A DNA stretch of 64,000 bases from an uncultured Gammaproteobacteria bacterium (GTDB lineage: Bacteria; Patescibacteriota; Patescibacteriia; UBA11705), in contig CAYPSS010000005.1 of assembly GCA_964413735.1 (NCBI GenBank), positions 4,398 to 68,397 on the forward strand, read 5' to 3'. Shown here one piece after another: positions 9,250-18,846 of this stretch; within the stretch, counting starts at the first letter, position 1, and every line of letters starts with the position of its first letter. Below the pieces are notes generated by a model. That model searched no databases. It worked only from the letters and a program-made list of their open reading frames with translations, and was not told where the DNA came from. A program made the translations under genes and the position numbers.

Positions 9250-9400
9250 GCTTACCCACAATCAATATAAATTATAACACGGGAAACGGGGTTCTGCCTC
9301 TCTTTGTCTGTTTGCGGCCAGAGATGGGGCAACAAACCTCCACAAACAGACACTCCCGTGTTTGCAACAGTGGGTAAGCAGGTTCTGCTGCCCCTTTTTT
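9250..9400 (+). ncRNA. Candidate structured RNA or leader
   Basis: Three nested 9-10 bp helices beginning at the predicted +1 and ending in a T-run. Confidence 0.55.
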
Positions 9401-9447
9401 GTTTGTCTAAAAAGTCGGCGCAGTTTAATTATTAACTTATATAATTT

Positions 9448-10026
9448 ATGGCCGGCCTTTTCGCAATAATACTGCTTATAGCGTGTATTTTGCTCATCCT
9501 TGGGCTTATACAGCCCAAACTTGCCTTATACTGGGGCAAACACAAAAATCGTAAGCAAGTAGGAATAATTTACGGTTCACTCATCGCTGTATCCTTCATA
9601 GGCATCGGCATATTTGCACCTCCCGTTGAAAAAAAAGAATTGCCGAAAGAAGAAGAAAAACAACAAGTAGTTGATCAGCAAGTTCAAGTGTCCGTTGAAG
9701 ATAAACAGGAAGAACCTGAACAGATAAATCCAGAAGTAGAAAAGCTCGATGTGTGGGAGAAAATAATAATATCATTTGACGGGGGTTATTCCAAAAAAGA
9801 AATAAAAGAAAAAATGGATTTGGCAATGACCCTTTACGGGGTAGATCTTACTGATGAAAATTACAGCCGAACCGCAAGTTCGTTGATTTCTATGCGCCGG
9901 GAATATGGCTTCGAAGAAATGGAGATACTTAACTATGCAATATCTCTTTACACTCCAAAAGTTAAAATGACGTTGCCTGACGCAATCGGCATAGCAACTG
10001 CGGCTCTTGTGCAAGGAATAAAATAA
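9448..10026 (+). CDS. Membrane-anchored hypothetical protein
   Basis: Two N-terminal hydrophobic helices, E/Q/K-rich linker, globular C-terminus. Confidence 0.75.
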   Translation: MAGLFAIILLIACILLILGLIQPKLALYWGKHKNRKQVGIIYGSLIAVSFIGIGIFAPPVEKKELPKEEEKQQVVDQQVQVSVEDKQEEPEQINPEVEKLDVWEKIIISFDGGYSKKEIKEKMDLAMTLYGVDLTDENYSRTASSLISMRREYGFEEMEILNYAISLYTPKVKMTLPDAIGIATAALVQGIK

Positions 10027-10101
10027 CAAAAACGCCGGCGAAAAGCCGGTTGTTTTTATACCCGATGAAAGGTATAATTATAGGCAAGAAGTGATGAAAC
10101 T

Positions 10102-10818
10102 ATGAAAGAAACAAGATCCTTTGCGCAGACACAGGAAAGATGGAAGCGCATTATCGAACACGACGTGTTCAAACACAATTTAGAGATTGTTAGGCAAGAT
10201 AAAGGCAAAATATCTTGGGCTGTTGCAGATACCCGAAAGAAACTAAATCTTTCTCCATATTGGGAGATGTTTTTTCTTCCTTTAAGTTTCGAATTAGGAT
10301 ACCCTATACCAAAAATCCGTCCGGCAGGTGCTTTGTATTTTAAGCCATTACTTGATCCAAAAACAGGGAAAATTATATACCCTGCGTTTATCTTTCCTGA
10401 AACCACAAAAAGAGATGTGTTGAGTTTTTATAAACGTTTTTGCAAAGTGAAGCGAGAAATAGGAAAAGAAGAAATACATCATCAAGGCAACTTGCCTTTA
10501 ATAAAAGCAGGAAAAGATATTATTACTCACAACTATTATTTTCAGGTTATACCGACCTCAAAGACAACACGGAAATCTATGTTAGAGGCATATTCAAATA
10601 TCTCAAAGTATTATGAGGCGTGCGGTCAAAAAGTCGTAAAAAGAAAATCGAGCAGACACGAAGAAGAATACCTTGCAAAGATGTTGTCCGAAGAAAAATA
10701 TACCTATTCTTATATAGCAAAAATTATTAACCAAAAAAGATCCAAGGATAACAGAATAGGCGTAGAAAATGTTTCATCTCTCATAAGGGGTGCAAAAAGA
10801 AAGCAAAAGAAACTCTAA
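10102..10818 (+). CDS. Basic hypothetical protein with probable C-terminal HTH
   Basis: 238-aa ORF; KYTYSYIAKIIN...VENVSSLIRGAK. Confidence 0.65.
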   Translation: MKETRSFAQTQERWKRIIEHDVFKHNLEIVRQDKGKISWAVADTRKKLNLSPYWEMFFLPLSFELGYPIPKIRPAGALYFKPLLDPKTGKIIYPAFIFPETTKRDVLSFYKRFCKVKREIGKEEIHHQGNLPLIKAGKDIITHNYYFQVIPTSKTTRKSMLEAYSNISKYYEACGQKVVKRKSSRHEEEYLAKMLSEEKYTYSYIAKIINQKRSKDNRIGVENVSSLIRGAKRKQKKL

Positions 10819-10895
10819 AATGAACCCGCCAGAGGACTAATTTGAACAATCAAAAAAATGATATGCTCATCACAGATAACGTGATGAGCTTTTTT

Positions 10896-11150
10896 ATGAA
10901 AACAAAAATTGATGAAATTGAGTTTATTCCAGTAAAGCCCAAAAACGGCCTAATAGGTTTCGTTTCTTTTGTGCTTGATGAAAAGCTGTATTGCAGTTCT
11001 ATCGGCGTGCATACGAGGCCACAAGGCGGTATACGGCTTGTCTGGCCTCTGACAAGAACCGGAATGAAGGCAGTTTACCCGATTTCAAAGGAGCTATATT
11101 TTGAGACAGAAATTGCCGTAGCAGATAAAGTTCAAAGTTTTTTACAATAG
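10896..11150 (+). CDS. SpoVG-like nucleic-acid-binding protein
   Basis: MKTKIDEIEFIPV...GFVSFVLDEKLYCSSIGVH...LVWP; ATG at 10896 follows a hairpin at 10865-10889. Confidence 0.65.
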   Translation: MKTKIDEIEFIPVKPKNGLIGFVSFVLDEKLYCSSIGVHTRPQGGIRLVWPLTRTGMKAVYPISKELYFETEIAVADKVQSFLQ

Positions 11151-11405
11151 ACAGCCAAGACCGGCTTTTTAGTGGAGATCCGGGATAACAACTTAACCCT
11201 ACCGACAGTGCTTTACGCACGGGAGAGATAACTCGCTATGAAGGGCATAGCGGGGACAGATTGGCGGGCAGATCAATGTGGGAGCTACGCAGGCGTGCGT
11301 CTCCCGACCTAATCTGTTCGGCAGTTTTCTAACTTTAAGATTGTCTGCCTTACATAAGCTAATAATAGCTAAACAGGAAGTGTTTAGGGATCAAAACGCA
11401 TAAGT

Positions 11406-11618
11406 ATGACTATTGGTATTACAAAAAGTGAAAAAAATGTGCTGGGCGAGGAAAAGCCAAGAAACCACTATGATAGGCAATATCCGGCAGTAAGTTTTAG
11501 GATTGATCCAAAAACCAAGGAGATATTGCAATCAATAAAATCCGATCTTGGTAAAAGTTGGAACCAAACTTTCCTGCAACTTGCTCGTCTGTATAGCAAA
11601 AATCAAAAAGCTAAATAA
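11406..11618 (+). CDS. Ribbon-helix-helix (CopG-like) DNA-binding protein
   Basis: AVSFRIDPKTKEILQSIKSDLGKSWNQTFLQLA. Confidence 0.6.
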   Translation: MTIGITKSEKNVLGEEKPRNHYDRQYPAVSFRIDPKTKEILQSIKSDLGKSWNQTFLQLARLYSKNQKAK

Positions 11619-11633
11619 TTTTAATAAACGAAA

Positions 11634-11801
11634 ATGATCAGCCAAGCTCTAATACAAGAATTGAAGCAGATCCTCAAAGAAGAATACGGGGCTGATTTGA
11701 CTATGGAGCAAGTTTCAGAAATAGCGAACGGACAAGTCGCTTATTATCGCACGCTCGCTGAAATATACATTCGAGACAAACAAAAAATTGACAGTTCATA
11801 A
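11634..11801 (+). CDS. Small helical protein (55 aa) upstream of the recombinase; absent from the ORF track
   Basis: MISQALIQELKQILKEEYGADLTMEQVSEIANGQVAYYRTLAEIYIRDKQKIDSS*. Confidence 0.7.
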   Translation: MISQALIQELKQILKEEYGADLTMEQVSEIANGQVAYYRTLAEIYIRDKQKIDSS

Positions 11802-11858
11802 TCAAAATCTCTCCTTTAATTTAAGCAACTAATTTGATATAATTAACATAAGAAGTGT

Positions 11859-13481
11859 ATGAAACTACAAACACAACACAACCAAAAGCACTCTGTCATT
11901 TTGGCCAGAGTGTCGTCAAAAGAACAAGAAGAAACCGGATATTCTTTGCCAGCGCAGGAGAAATTGCTTCAAGATTATGCAGATAGAAAGCAGATGAACG
12001 TAAAAAAGGTTTTTTCGATAGCAGAGACAGCAAGCGGTTCAAAACAGCGTGAACAATTTTACGCTATGCTTGAATATGTCAAAAAACATAAAATCAACTG
12101 CATCCTTGTTGAGAAAGTAGACCGTCTGACAAGAAATATGCGTGATGCTCTCGTAGTCAATGAATGGATACAAGAAAATCCGAGCCACCAAGTCCATTTT
12201 GTGAAAAACAATCTTGTAGTAGACCAAAATACAAGATCCGACGATACTTTCAAATGGGACATCGAAGTTATTTTGGCAAAAAAGTATACTGCAAATCTTT
12301 CGGAAGAAGTAAAAAAAGGCCAAGAGGAAAAAATACAACAAGGCGGTTATCCTTCTCGTCCTCCTCTTGGATATAAGACAATCGGAGAAAAAGGCAGAAA
12401 GATGCACGTTATAAATCACGATATTGCGCCTTTAATCAGAAAGACCTTTGAATTGTATTCATCGGGTAATTATTCAGTAAAAGAATTAGTTAAAGTAATG
12501 AAGCGAGAGGGATTGCGAAACGAAAGCGGAAGCGAAGTTAAAAAAACTACAATGCACCGCCTTCTGACCAATCCATTTTACTACGGACAATTTAACTGGA
12601 ATGACAAGCTATGGGACGGCAAACACGAACCTATAATCACAAAGGAATTATTTGATCAGGTGAAAAGTAAACTCGAACGCAAAACTTCCAGTCCTACATA
12701 CAGAAAACATAATCCTGTTTTCAAGGCGGTTTTTCATTGCGGAGAATGTGGAAGCGTAATTAGCTGGGAAACACACAAAGGTCACTGGTATGGCTGTTGT
12801 AAGCATTACAAGCCCTGTTCTCAAAAAGGATCATTGCGGGAAGAAGATGTTGAAAAACAGCTTATGCCTCATTTTGATACGATTGCCCCGAAGAACGAAC
12901 GAGTTGTTAAGTGGCTCGAAAAAGCATTGAAGTCCGATCAAGCTGACGTCGTTGAAACCCACAACGCAAAAAAGAAAGAAATGAATGCCCAGATTGAAAG
13001 ATTGGACAGGCGTCTTGATGCAATGTATATGGACAAAATTGATCAGAAGATTGATTTGGATTATTACGAAAAGAAAAAACAGGAGTTTGAGGAGGAACGC
13101 AGTGCAATAAAAAGCGAACTCGCCAGATTGGATGACAGCAAAGCAGAATACTACGCAGTAGGAATTGCTATACACGAACTCGCACTTAAAGCGTGGAAGA
13201 TCTACAACAGCGAGAAAGCAACGATTGAAGAAAAGAGATTGCTTTTGAGCTATGTATTTTCGAACTCAACCATTAAAGAGCGAAAGTTAGCCATAAACTA
13301 CACTTTTGCCTTTGATTTTCTTCAAAATTGGATGCCGGCTGTAAATAAAACTTTCGAACCGGCAAAACTTGGCTTAACTAAAACAAAAAACACCTCTGAA
13401 AAAGAGATGTGTTCTGTTTGGCTCGGGGACAGGGATTCGAACCCCGATAGCCAGGACCAAAACCTGGAGTCCTACCATTAG
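11859..13481 (+). CDS. Large serine recombinase (integrase)
   Basis: ARVSSKEQ catalytic Ser, DRLTRN, PPLGY, LTNPFYYG, HEPII, CGECG zinc ribbon, coiled coil; last 20 codons are antisense to the tRNA. Confidence 0.95.
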   Translation: MKLQTQHNQKHSVILARVSSKEQEETGYSLPAQEKLLQDYADRKQMNVKKVFSIAETASGSKQREQFYAMLEYVKKHKINCILVEKVDRLTRNMRDALVVNEWIQENPSHQVHFVKNNLVVDQNTRSDDTFKWDIEVILAKKYTANLSEEVKKGQEEKIQQGGYPSRPPLGYKTIGEKGRKMHVINHDIAPLIRKTFELYSSGNYSVKELVKVMKREGLRNESGSEVKKTTMHRLLTNPFYYGQFNWNDKLWDGKHEPIITKELFDQVKSKLERKTSSPTYRKHNPVFKAVFHCGECGSVISWETHKGHWYGCCKHYKPCSQKGSLREEDVEKQLMPHFDTIAPKNERVVKWLEKALKSDQADVVETHNAKKKEMNAQIERLDRRLDAMYMDKIDQKIDLDYYEKKKQEFEEERSAIKSELARLDDSKAEYYAVGIAIHELALKAWKIYNSEKATIEEKRLLLSYVFSNSTIKERKLAINYTFAFDFLQNWMPAVNKTFEPAKLGLTKTKNTSEKEMCSVWLGDRDSNPDSQDQNLESYH

Positions 13482-13492
13482 ACGATCCCCGA
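13419..13492 (-). tRNA. tRNA-Gln(TTG)
   Basis: TCGGGGATCGTCTAATGGTAGGACTCCAGGTTTTGGTCCTGGCTATCGGGGTTCGAATCCCTGTCCCCGAGCCA; full cloverleaf with encoded CCA. Confidence 0.97.
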
Positions 13493-13537
13493 ATAATGTT
13501 TGAATTGTAAGGATCGTCGTTATAAGTCCATTACTTG

Positions 13538-13680
13538 TCCACCGTAGCTTTAGCGAAGGTGGAGCTAAGTTCACCGTAGCTTTAGCGAAGGTGAAACGAT
13601 CCCTGCCTACTCGTCTCGCCACACGGACGAAGCGGACCAGCAGGCAGACCTGTCCGACAAAGCATCAAGCGAAGGCGGGC
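13538..13680. repeat. Cluster of short REP-like palindromes
   Basis: caccgtagctttagcgaaggtg occurs twice (13538-13563, 13570-13595); 13602-13650 resembles the reverse complement of 54755-54801. Confidence 0.75.
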
Positions 13681-13791
13681 CTGAATAATCAAAATTGTAT
13701 AACCTTAGACTATCATAGATAAATACATTCGTCAATATCAAACTGGTGATATTTTTTGAAAAATGCTAAAATTAAACATATAATAAAAAAT

Positions 13792-14097
13792 ATGAAAAAA
13801 TCAACCCAAATTTTATTAATGACCCTAATTGTGGCCATTATTATCTTGATTATTGTGTTTTTCATCATTCCCCCCAAACAAACCACAGAAACACCGGCGG
13901 TCAATGACTTAGCCACTTCCTGTCAATCAGCCGGCGGTAATTGGATAGAACAATATCAAGAATGTGAAATGATTAATAATGATTGGTGTAAAGAAAATAA
14001 CGGTACTTTCAATGAATGCGCTTCCGCTTGTCGTCATGATTTGGAGGCGGAAATTTGCACTCTGCAATGTGTTTTTGTATGTGAGTTTAATCAATAA
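13792..14097 (+). CDS. Membrane-anchored Cys-rich small protein
   Basis: N-terminal TM helix; CQSAGGNW...ECASACRH...CTLQCVFVC. Confidence 0.75.
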   Translation: MKKSTQILLMTLIVAIIILIIVFFIIPPKQTTETPAVNDLATSCQSAGGNWIEQYQECEMINNDWCKENNGTFNECASACRHDLEAEICTLQCVFVCEFNQ

Positions 14098-14114
14098 ATT
14101 AAATAAGTAAATTT

Positions 14115-14546
14115 ATGACTGAAGAAAAAAATGTTATGGAAAAATCATTTGATGGCAGTGAACAATTACCCAAAATGGAAGAGAAAAAACTTTTAGATTC
14201 AGGGGAAATTACCATCAAAGAAATCAGTGAGCCACTCTTAAAAGCACGTGTCTGGATTTTAATTTTAGGGATAATCTCCATTATATCCGGCGTCGTAACT
14301 GTTTTGAGCATTACCGGAATTATTGTGGCCTGGCTCCCAATTTTATTGGGTGTATTTTTAATTCAATCTGCCGGTGAATTAAAAAAGTTTGAAGAAAACA
14401 AACAAGCCATCAACCTGGTCACCGCTATGGAAAAACTTAAAACTTACTTTAAGGTTTCCGCCATATCCACAATTGTTATTTTATCCATTATGATTTTATT
14501 TTTTTCTTTTCTTTATACTACCATTATTTCATTATTAAATAATTAA
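14115..14546 (+). CDS. DUF5362-like membrane protein
   Basis: WILILGIISIISG...IVAWLPILLGVFLIQSA...KLKTYFK. Confidence 0.7.
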   Translation: MTEEKNVMEKSFDGSEQLPKMEEKKLLDSGEITIKEISEPLLKARVWILILGIISIISGVVTVLSITGIIVAWLPILLGVFLIQSAGELKKFEENKQAINLVTAMEKLKTYFKVSAISTIVILSIMILFFSFLYTTIISLLNN

Positions 14547-14557
14547 ACATAAATTCT

Positions 14558-14956
14558 ATGAAAGGTTATTGCCAAAATATCGAAAAATTAACCCTAGAAA
14601 ATGAAAATTTCCGTCAAATTATTTATACCGGAACCAAAAGTCAATTGGTATTAATGACTATCCAACCCGGCCAGGAAATTGGAACAGAGATTCATGATGA
14701 TCATGACCAATTTTTCCGAATTGAACAAGGCCAAGCCAAAGTGCAAATTGATGAAAATGAATATGAAGCAAAAGATGATTTTGCCATCATTGTTCCAGCC
14801 GGTGCCAAACATAATGTTATCAACACTTCAGAAACCGAAACATTGAAACTTTATACGATTTATTCGCCACCGGAACATCGCTATAATGTAGTTCATACCA
14901 CCAAAGAGCAAGCCCTAGCTGACGATGAACACTTTGACGGAACAACAACCGAATAA
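14558..14956 (+). CDS. Cupin domain protein
   Basis: EIGTEIHDDHDQFFRIEQG...VPAGAKHNVIN...LYTIYSPPEH. Confidence 0.9.
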   Translation: MKGYCQNIEKLTLENENFRQIIYTGTKSQLVLMTIQPGQEIGTEIHDDHDQFFRIEQGQAKVQIDENEYEAKDDFAIIVPAGAKHNVINTSETETLKLYTIYSPPEHRYNVVHTTKEQALADDEHFDGTTTE

Positions 14957-14967
14957 TTGATTCAAAC

Positions 14968-14999
14968 AAAAAAAGAGCCGATCAAAAAGCTCTTTTTTT
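14968..14999. terminator. Bidirectional terminator
   Basis: aaaaaaagagc...gctcttttttt between convergent genes. Confidence 0.7.
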
Positions 15000-15002
15000 A
15001 TA

Positions 15003-15380
15003 TTATAAAGATTTTCCGGCTAATAAAATACAGGCTTGCGCCTCATAATTCAAACCCCATTCTTTTACCAAATCGATTATTTGTTCATTAAAAGAACCAG
15101 GTTGAAACCAAACATTGTCCCAACCTAAATTTTTTACTTCACTTAAAATTAATAAAGTTATTTCCGGCGGAACAACAAAATTAATAATATCAGGCTTTTG
15201 CGGTAAATCCTGCAAACGAGCATAAGGCTTTAATCCTTGTATACAATCCGCTTTGCGATTAATGGGAAAAACCTTCACCCCCTTAGCTTTCAAAACTTGA
15301 ATAATTTTATAACCATATTTATCCGGATTATTTGAAGCACCAACCACAGCCACCACTTTATTTTTATCCAATAAAATCAT
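15003..15380 (-). CDS. CoA-binding protein (YccU-like)
   Basis: VAVVGASNNPDKYG...VWFQPG...CI. Confidence 0.9.
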   Translation of the reverse strand: MILLDKNKVVAVVGASNNPDKYGYKIIQVLKAKGVKVFPINRKADCIQGLKPYARLQDLPQKPDIINFVVPPEITLLILSEVKNLGWDNVWFQPGSFNEQIIDLVKEWGLNYEAQACILLAGKSL

Positions 15381-15382
15381 AA

Positions 15383-17026
15383 TTATAAATAATGTTTAAT
15401 TTGACTTTGCAATGATGCCGCAATAAAAGCATTAAACAATGGATGCCCCTTAATCGGACGAGACTTAAATTCCGGGTGAAATTGAGTAGCGACGAAAAAT
15501 GGATGATCGGGCAATTCAATGACTTCTACCAAACGATTGTCAGGTGAAGTGCCAGCAATCAGTAAACCGGCATTTTCCAATTTTTCTCGATACAAATTAT
15601 TAAATTCATAACGATGCCGATGACGCTCGGAAATATTCAAAGCATTATACGCTTTGGCCGAACGCGATTCCGGCTTTAGAACACAAGGGTAAGCACCCAA
15701 GCGCATCGTGGAACCATAATTTTTTTCCTCAATATTTTTCACTTGATCGTCCATAATATGAATGACCGGATCAGGTGTGCTTTCATTAACTTCCACACTA
15801 TTGGCCATATCCAGTCCAACTACATGACGCGCAAATTCGATAGTCGCCAATTGCATACCATAACATAAACCCAAAAATGGTATTTTATTTTCACGTAAAT
15901 ATCTAATGGCTTTAATTTTTCCTTCGACTCCACGATTACCAAATCCTCCGGGAACTATTACACCGGCATATTGACGCAATTCAATTAATTTCGCTTCATC
16001 ATTTTCATATTCTTCGGAGTTGAGCCAATCAATTTTCGGAATAACGTTATTCTTCCAACATGCATGTTTAACAGCTTCAATAACTGAAATATATGAATCC
16101 TTTAAAACAAAATCACCGGTTTTGAAATACTTCCCCACAATTCCGATTTTAATTTCTTTTTCCGCCCGTTTGATGGTATTTAATAAATATTCCCAATCTT
16201 GCAATCCCGGATTATCCATTTTTTCTGACCACCCGAAATGTTTAAGTAATAAATCACCCAATCGATCTTTCTCAAAATTTAAGGGCACTTCATAAATATA
16301 TTCAATATCAGGTGCGGAAATAATTTGATCTTTATAAACATTACCTTGAATAGCGATTTTTTTCTTTCGCACATCATCAAGGGGACGATCGGCTCGACAA
16401 ATCACAAAATCCGGTTGAATACCGGCGGAATTAAGGGTGCGAATCGCATATTGAGTTGGTTTGGTTTTCATTTCACCGATTTTTGACGGAATCGGCAAAT
16501 AAGACACCAAGACAAAAGCCACATCATGAGCATTATTCATTTTGAGCATTCGCGCCGCTTCCAAAAATAACATATTTTGATATTCTCCAACCGTCCCTCC
16601 AATTTCCACAATCGTAATTTCCGCTCGCGCCTTTTCCGCCGCTCTTTGAATACGACTGATAATTTCTTCCGGAATATGGGGCACCACTTCCACGCATCGT
16701 CCACCATATTCCAAGTTTCTTTCTTTTTCAATAACAGTCTTATAAACTCGTCCGGTAGTCATGTAGTTAATGGAATAAATGTTTTCATCCAAAAATCTTT
16801 CATAATTACCAATATCTTGATCGGTTTCATCACCATCTTCGGTCACAAAAACTTCTCCATGCTCAGTGGGATTCATGGTTCCGGCATCCACATTGATGTA
16901 TGGATCAATTTTCAAGGCCGTTACTCGATAACCTTTGCCTTTTAAAATTTTACCAATTGACGCGGCCGCAATCCCCTTTCCCACACCACTCATTACCCCT
17001 CCCACAACAAAAACATATTTAGACAT
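15383..17026 (-). CDS. pyrG: CTP synthase
   Basis: GGVMSGVGKG, KTKPTQ, VPGGFG, GLCYGMQ, ERHRHRYE, QFHPEF. Confidence 0.98.
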   Translation of the reverse strand: MSKYVFVVGGVMSGVGKGIAAASIGKILKGKGYRVTALKIDPYINVDAGTMNPTEHGEVFVTEDGDETDQDIGNYERFLDENIYSINYMTTGRVYKTVIEKERNLEYGGRCVEVVPHIPEEIISRIQRAAEKARAEITIVEIGGTVGEYQNMLFLEAARMLKMNNAHDVAFVLVSYLPIPSKIGEMKTKPTQYAIRTLNSAGIQPDFVICRADRPLDDVRKKKIAIQGNVYKDQIISAPDIEYIYEVPLNFEKDRLGDLLLKHFGWSEKMDNPGLQDWEYLLNTIKRAEKEIKIGIVGKYFKTGDFVLKDSYISVIEAVKHACWKNNVIPKIDWLNSEEYENDEAKLIELRQYAGVIVPGGFGNRGVEGKIKAIRYLRENKIPFLGLCYGMQLATIEFARHVVGLDMANSVEVNESTPDPVIHIMDDQVKNIEEKNYGSTMRLGAYPCVLKPESRSAKAYNALNISERHRHRYEFNNLYREKLENAGLLIAGTSPDNRLVEVIELPDHPFFVATQFHPEFKSRPIKGHPLFNAFIAASLQSQIKHYL

Positions 17027-17029
17027 ATA

Positions 17030-17476
17030 TTAATGATTTGTTCGGGCATCAACATAAATGGTGACCGCCTCGGACAAAGATAAATTAATTATGATTGGAT
17101 ACACCCCACTTTTTTTAATCGGTTGTTCTAATTTGATTTGTTTTGCTTTAATGTTAAATCCTTTAAGTTGCAATTCGCGCGCTATTTTTTCCACCGTAAT
17201 CCCGGCAAAAAAAGTCCCATGTTCATCCGCTTTTTCCATTAATAACAAGGTATAATAATTCAAACGACTTAGCGGATTTTTTCTAGTTAATTCACCTTTA
17301 TTTTTTTGTTGTTGTTTTTGTGATTTTAATTGTTTGGCCAATTCAATATTTTTACCCGTTGCCGGTAAAGCGATTTTTTGGGGGATTAAATAATTAAGTC
17401 CATGCCCATTAGAAACATCCTTTGTATCCCCAATATTTCCCAACCCCATAACCGTTTTAATGAAAACCACTTTCAT
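17030..17476 (-). CDS. rplI: 50S ribosomal protein L9
   Basis: MKVVF...LGNIGDTKDVSNGHGLNYLIP. Confidence 0.92.
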   Translation of the reverse strand: MKVVFIKTVMGLGNIGDTKDVSNGHGLNYLIPQKIALPATGKNIELAKQLKSQKQQQKNKGELTRKNPLSRLNYYTLLLMEKADEHGTFFAGITVEKIARELQLKGFNIKAKQIKLEQPIKKSGVYPIIINLSLSEAVTIYVDARTNH

Positions 17477-17602
17477 ATATTGAAAATTAATTTATTATTG
17501 TATTTTATCAAATTAAGCTGGATTTGCAAAACAAAAACTCTCCGTTTTGTGGAGAATTTTTGTTAAATAACAATTTAAGCAATTTATGGTAATTTTTGTC
17601 AA

Positions 17603-18832
17603 TTATTTAAGCATTTCCAAAGCTTTTTCCAATTGAGGATCCTGTTTTTTTTGCACGTCCTCAGCAGTATATTCCACTAATATATCCGGTTCAATGCCGA
17701 TTTTATCAATTGAATTTCCATTGGGAGTATACCAGGCGGCAGTCGTAACTTTCAAAGATGACCCATCAGGCAATAATTTCAATTCTTGCACCGACCCTTT
17801 ACCAAAAGTTTTTTCACCGACCAAAGTGGCTAAATCATGATCTTTCAACGCCCCAGCCACAATTTCCGAGGCTGAAGCTGAACCCCCATCAATTAAAATT
17901 ATTGTTGGGATATTTTTAAAATCAGGGGTATTTTTCGAGCGATAAATAATTTCTCGACCATCGGAAAACCGCTCAATCGCAATCACTTGCCCATTATCCA
18001 CCCAACGTGAAGCCACAAAATTAGCTTCAGTCAAAAGCCCACCCGGATCATTACGCAAATCCAAAATTATTCCGGTTATATTATGATTTTTTGCTTGTTT
18101 AATCATTTGATTGAAAAGTGGCGTCGTATCTTCATAAAAAGCGGACAATTCAATATATAAAATTCCATCATTGCGAAATTCCCACTTCATACTTTTAGTT
18201 TCAATCACATCTCGTTCAATGGAAATTTCCAATAATTCCTCGTCATTGCGCATTACAATTAAAGTAACCACCGTTCCTTTTGGACCACGAATCAACTTCA
18301 CCGCCTTGTCAACCGACATACCGGTGGTATCCAAATTATCAATCGCATAAATTTTATCCCCGGCCATTAAGCCGGCTTTTTCCGCCGGAGAATCAGGCAA
18401 TGGAGCAATAATGGTTAATCGATCATTACGCATTCCCACCTCCGCCCCAATACCGGTAAATTGTCCGTTAATATCTTCGGCAAATTCTTGGGTTTGATCC
18501 GGATTCATAAATACCGTATAAGGATCGTCCGCTCCGGCCACAAATCCGGTTAAAGCCGAATAAAACATTTTTTGCGGATCAATTGAATCTTTACCCACAA
18601 AATCCTTATTCAAATAACTCCAAACAACCTGAAATAAATCATGATTCAAGGTATCGGGCATATCAACCGTGGTTAAATCATTCAATTCATACCAACGTTG
18701 TTTATTATCCGTAACATGACCTAAGATAAAGCCTAAAAAAAAGATGGCGATAACAACAACCACCCAAACATAAATTTTAGCGACTTTTTTAATTTTTTGT
18801 TTTTCTAAGTTTATTTTTTGAAACGACTCCAT
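17603..18832 (-). CDS. S41 carboxy-terminal processing protease with PDZ domain
   Basis: DPYT, GIG, DLRNDPGG, SASASEIVAG, TFGKGSVQ. Confidence 0.93.
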   Translation of the reverse strand: MESFQKINLEKQKIKKVAKIYVWVVVVIAIFFLGFILGHVTDNKQRWYELNDLTTVDMPDTLNHDLFQVVWSYLNKDFVGKDSIDPQKMFYSALTGFVAGADDPYTVFMNPDQTQEFAEDINGQFTGIGAEVGMRNDRLTIIAPLPDSPAEKAGLMAGDKIYAIDNLDTTGMSVDKAVKLIRGPKGTVVTLIVMRNDEELLEISIERDVIETKSMKWEFRNDGILYIELSAFYEDTTPLFNQMIKQAKNHNITGIILDLRNDPGGLLTEANFVASRWVDNGQVIAIERFSDGREIIYRSKNTPDFKNIPTIILIDGGSASASEIVAGALKDHDLATLVGEKTFGKGSVQELKLLPDGSSLKVTTAAWYTPNGNSIDKIGIEPDILVEYTAEDVQKKQDPQLEKALEMLK

Positions 18833-18846
18833 AATATATTTATTTC

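Larger units (their letters stand above)
4618..13425. mobile_element. Integrative island at tRNA-Gln 3' end, large serine recombinase type, defence cargo
   Basis: Core tggctcg at 4618-4624 and 13419-13425; recombinase abuts the tRNA; RM and orphan cargo inside. Confidence 0.85.

Noticed and set aside
4618-13425. Island as a complete prophage or ICE
   Set aside because: No capsid, portal, tail, T4SS or relaxase genes are recognisable
13538-13595. Tandem 26-bp palindromic repeats as a CRISPR array
   Set aside because: Only two copies, a 6-bp gap and no cas genes; fits REP-like repeats
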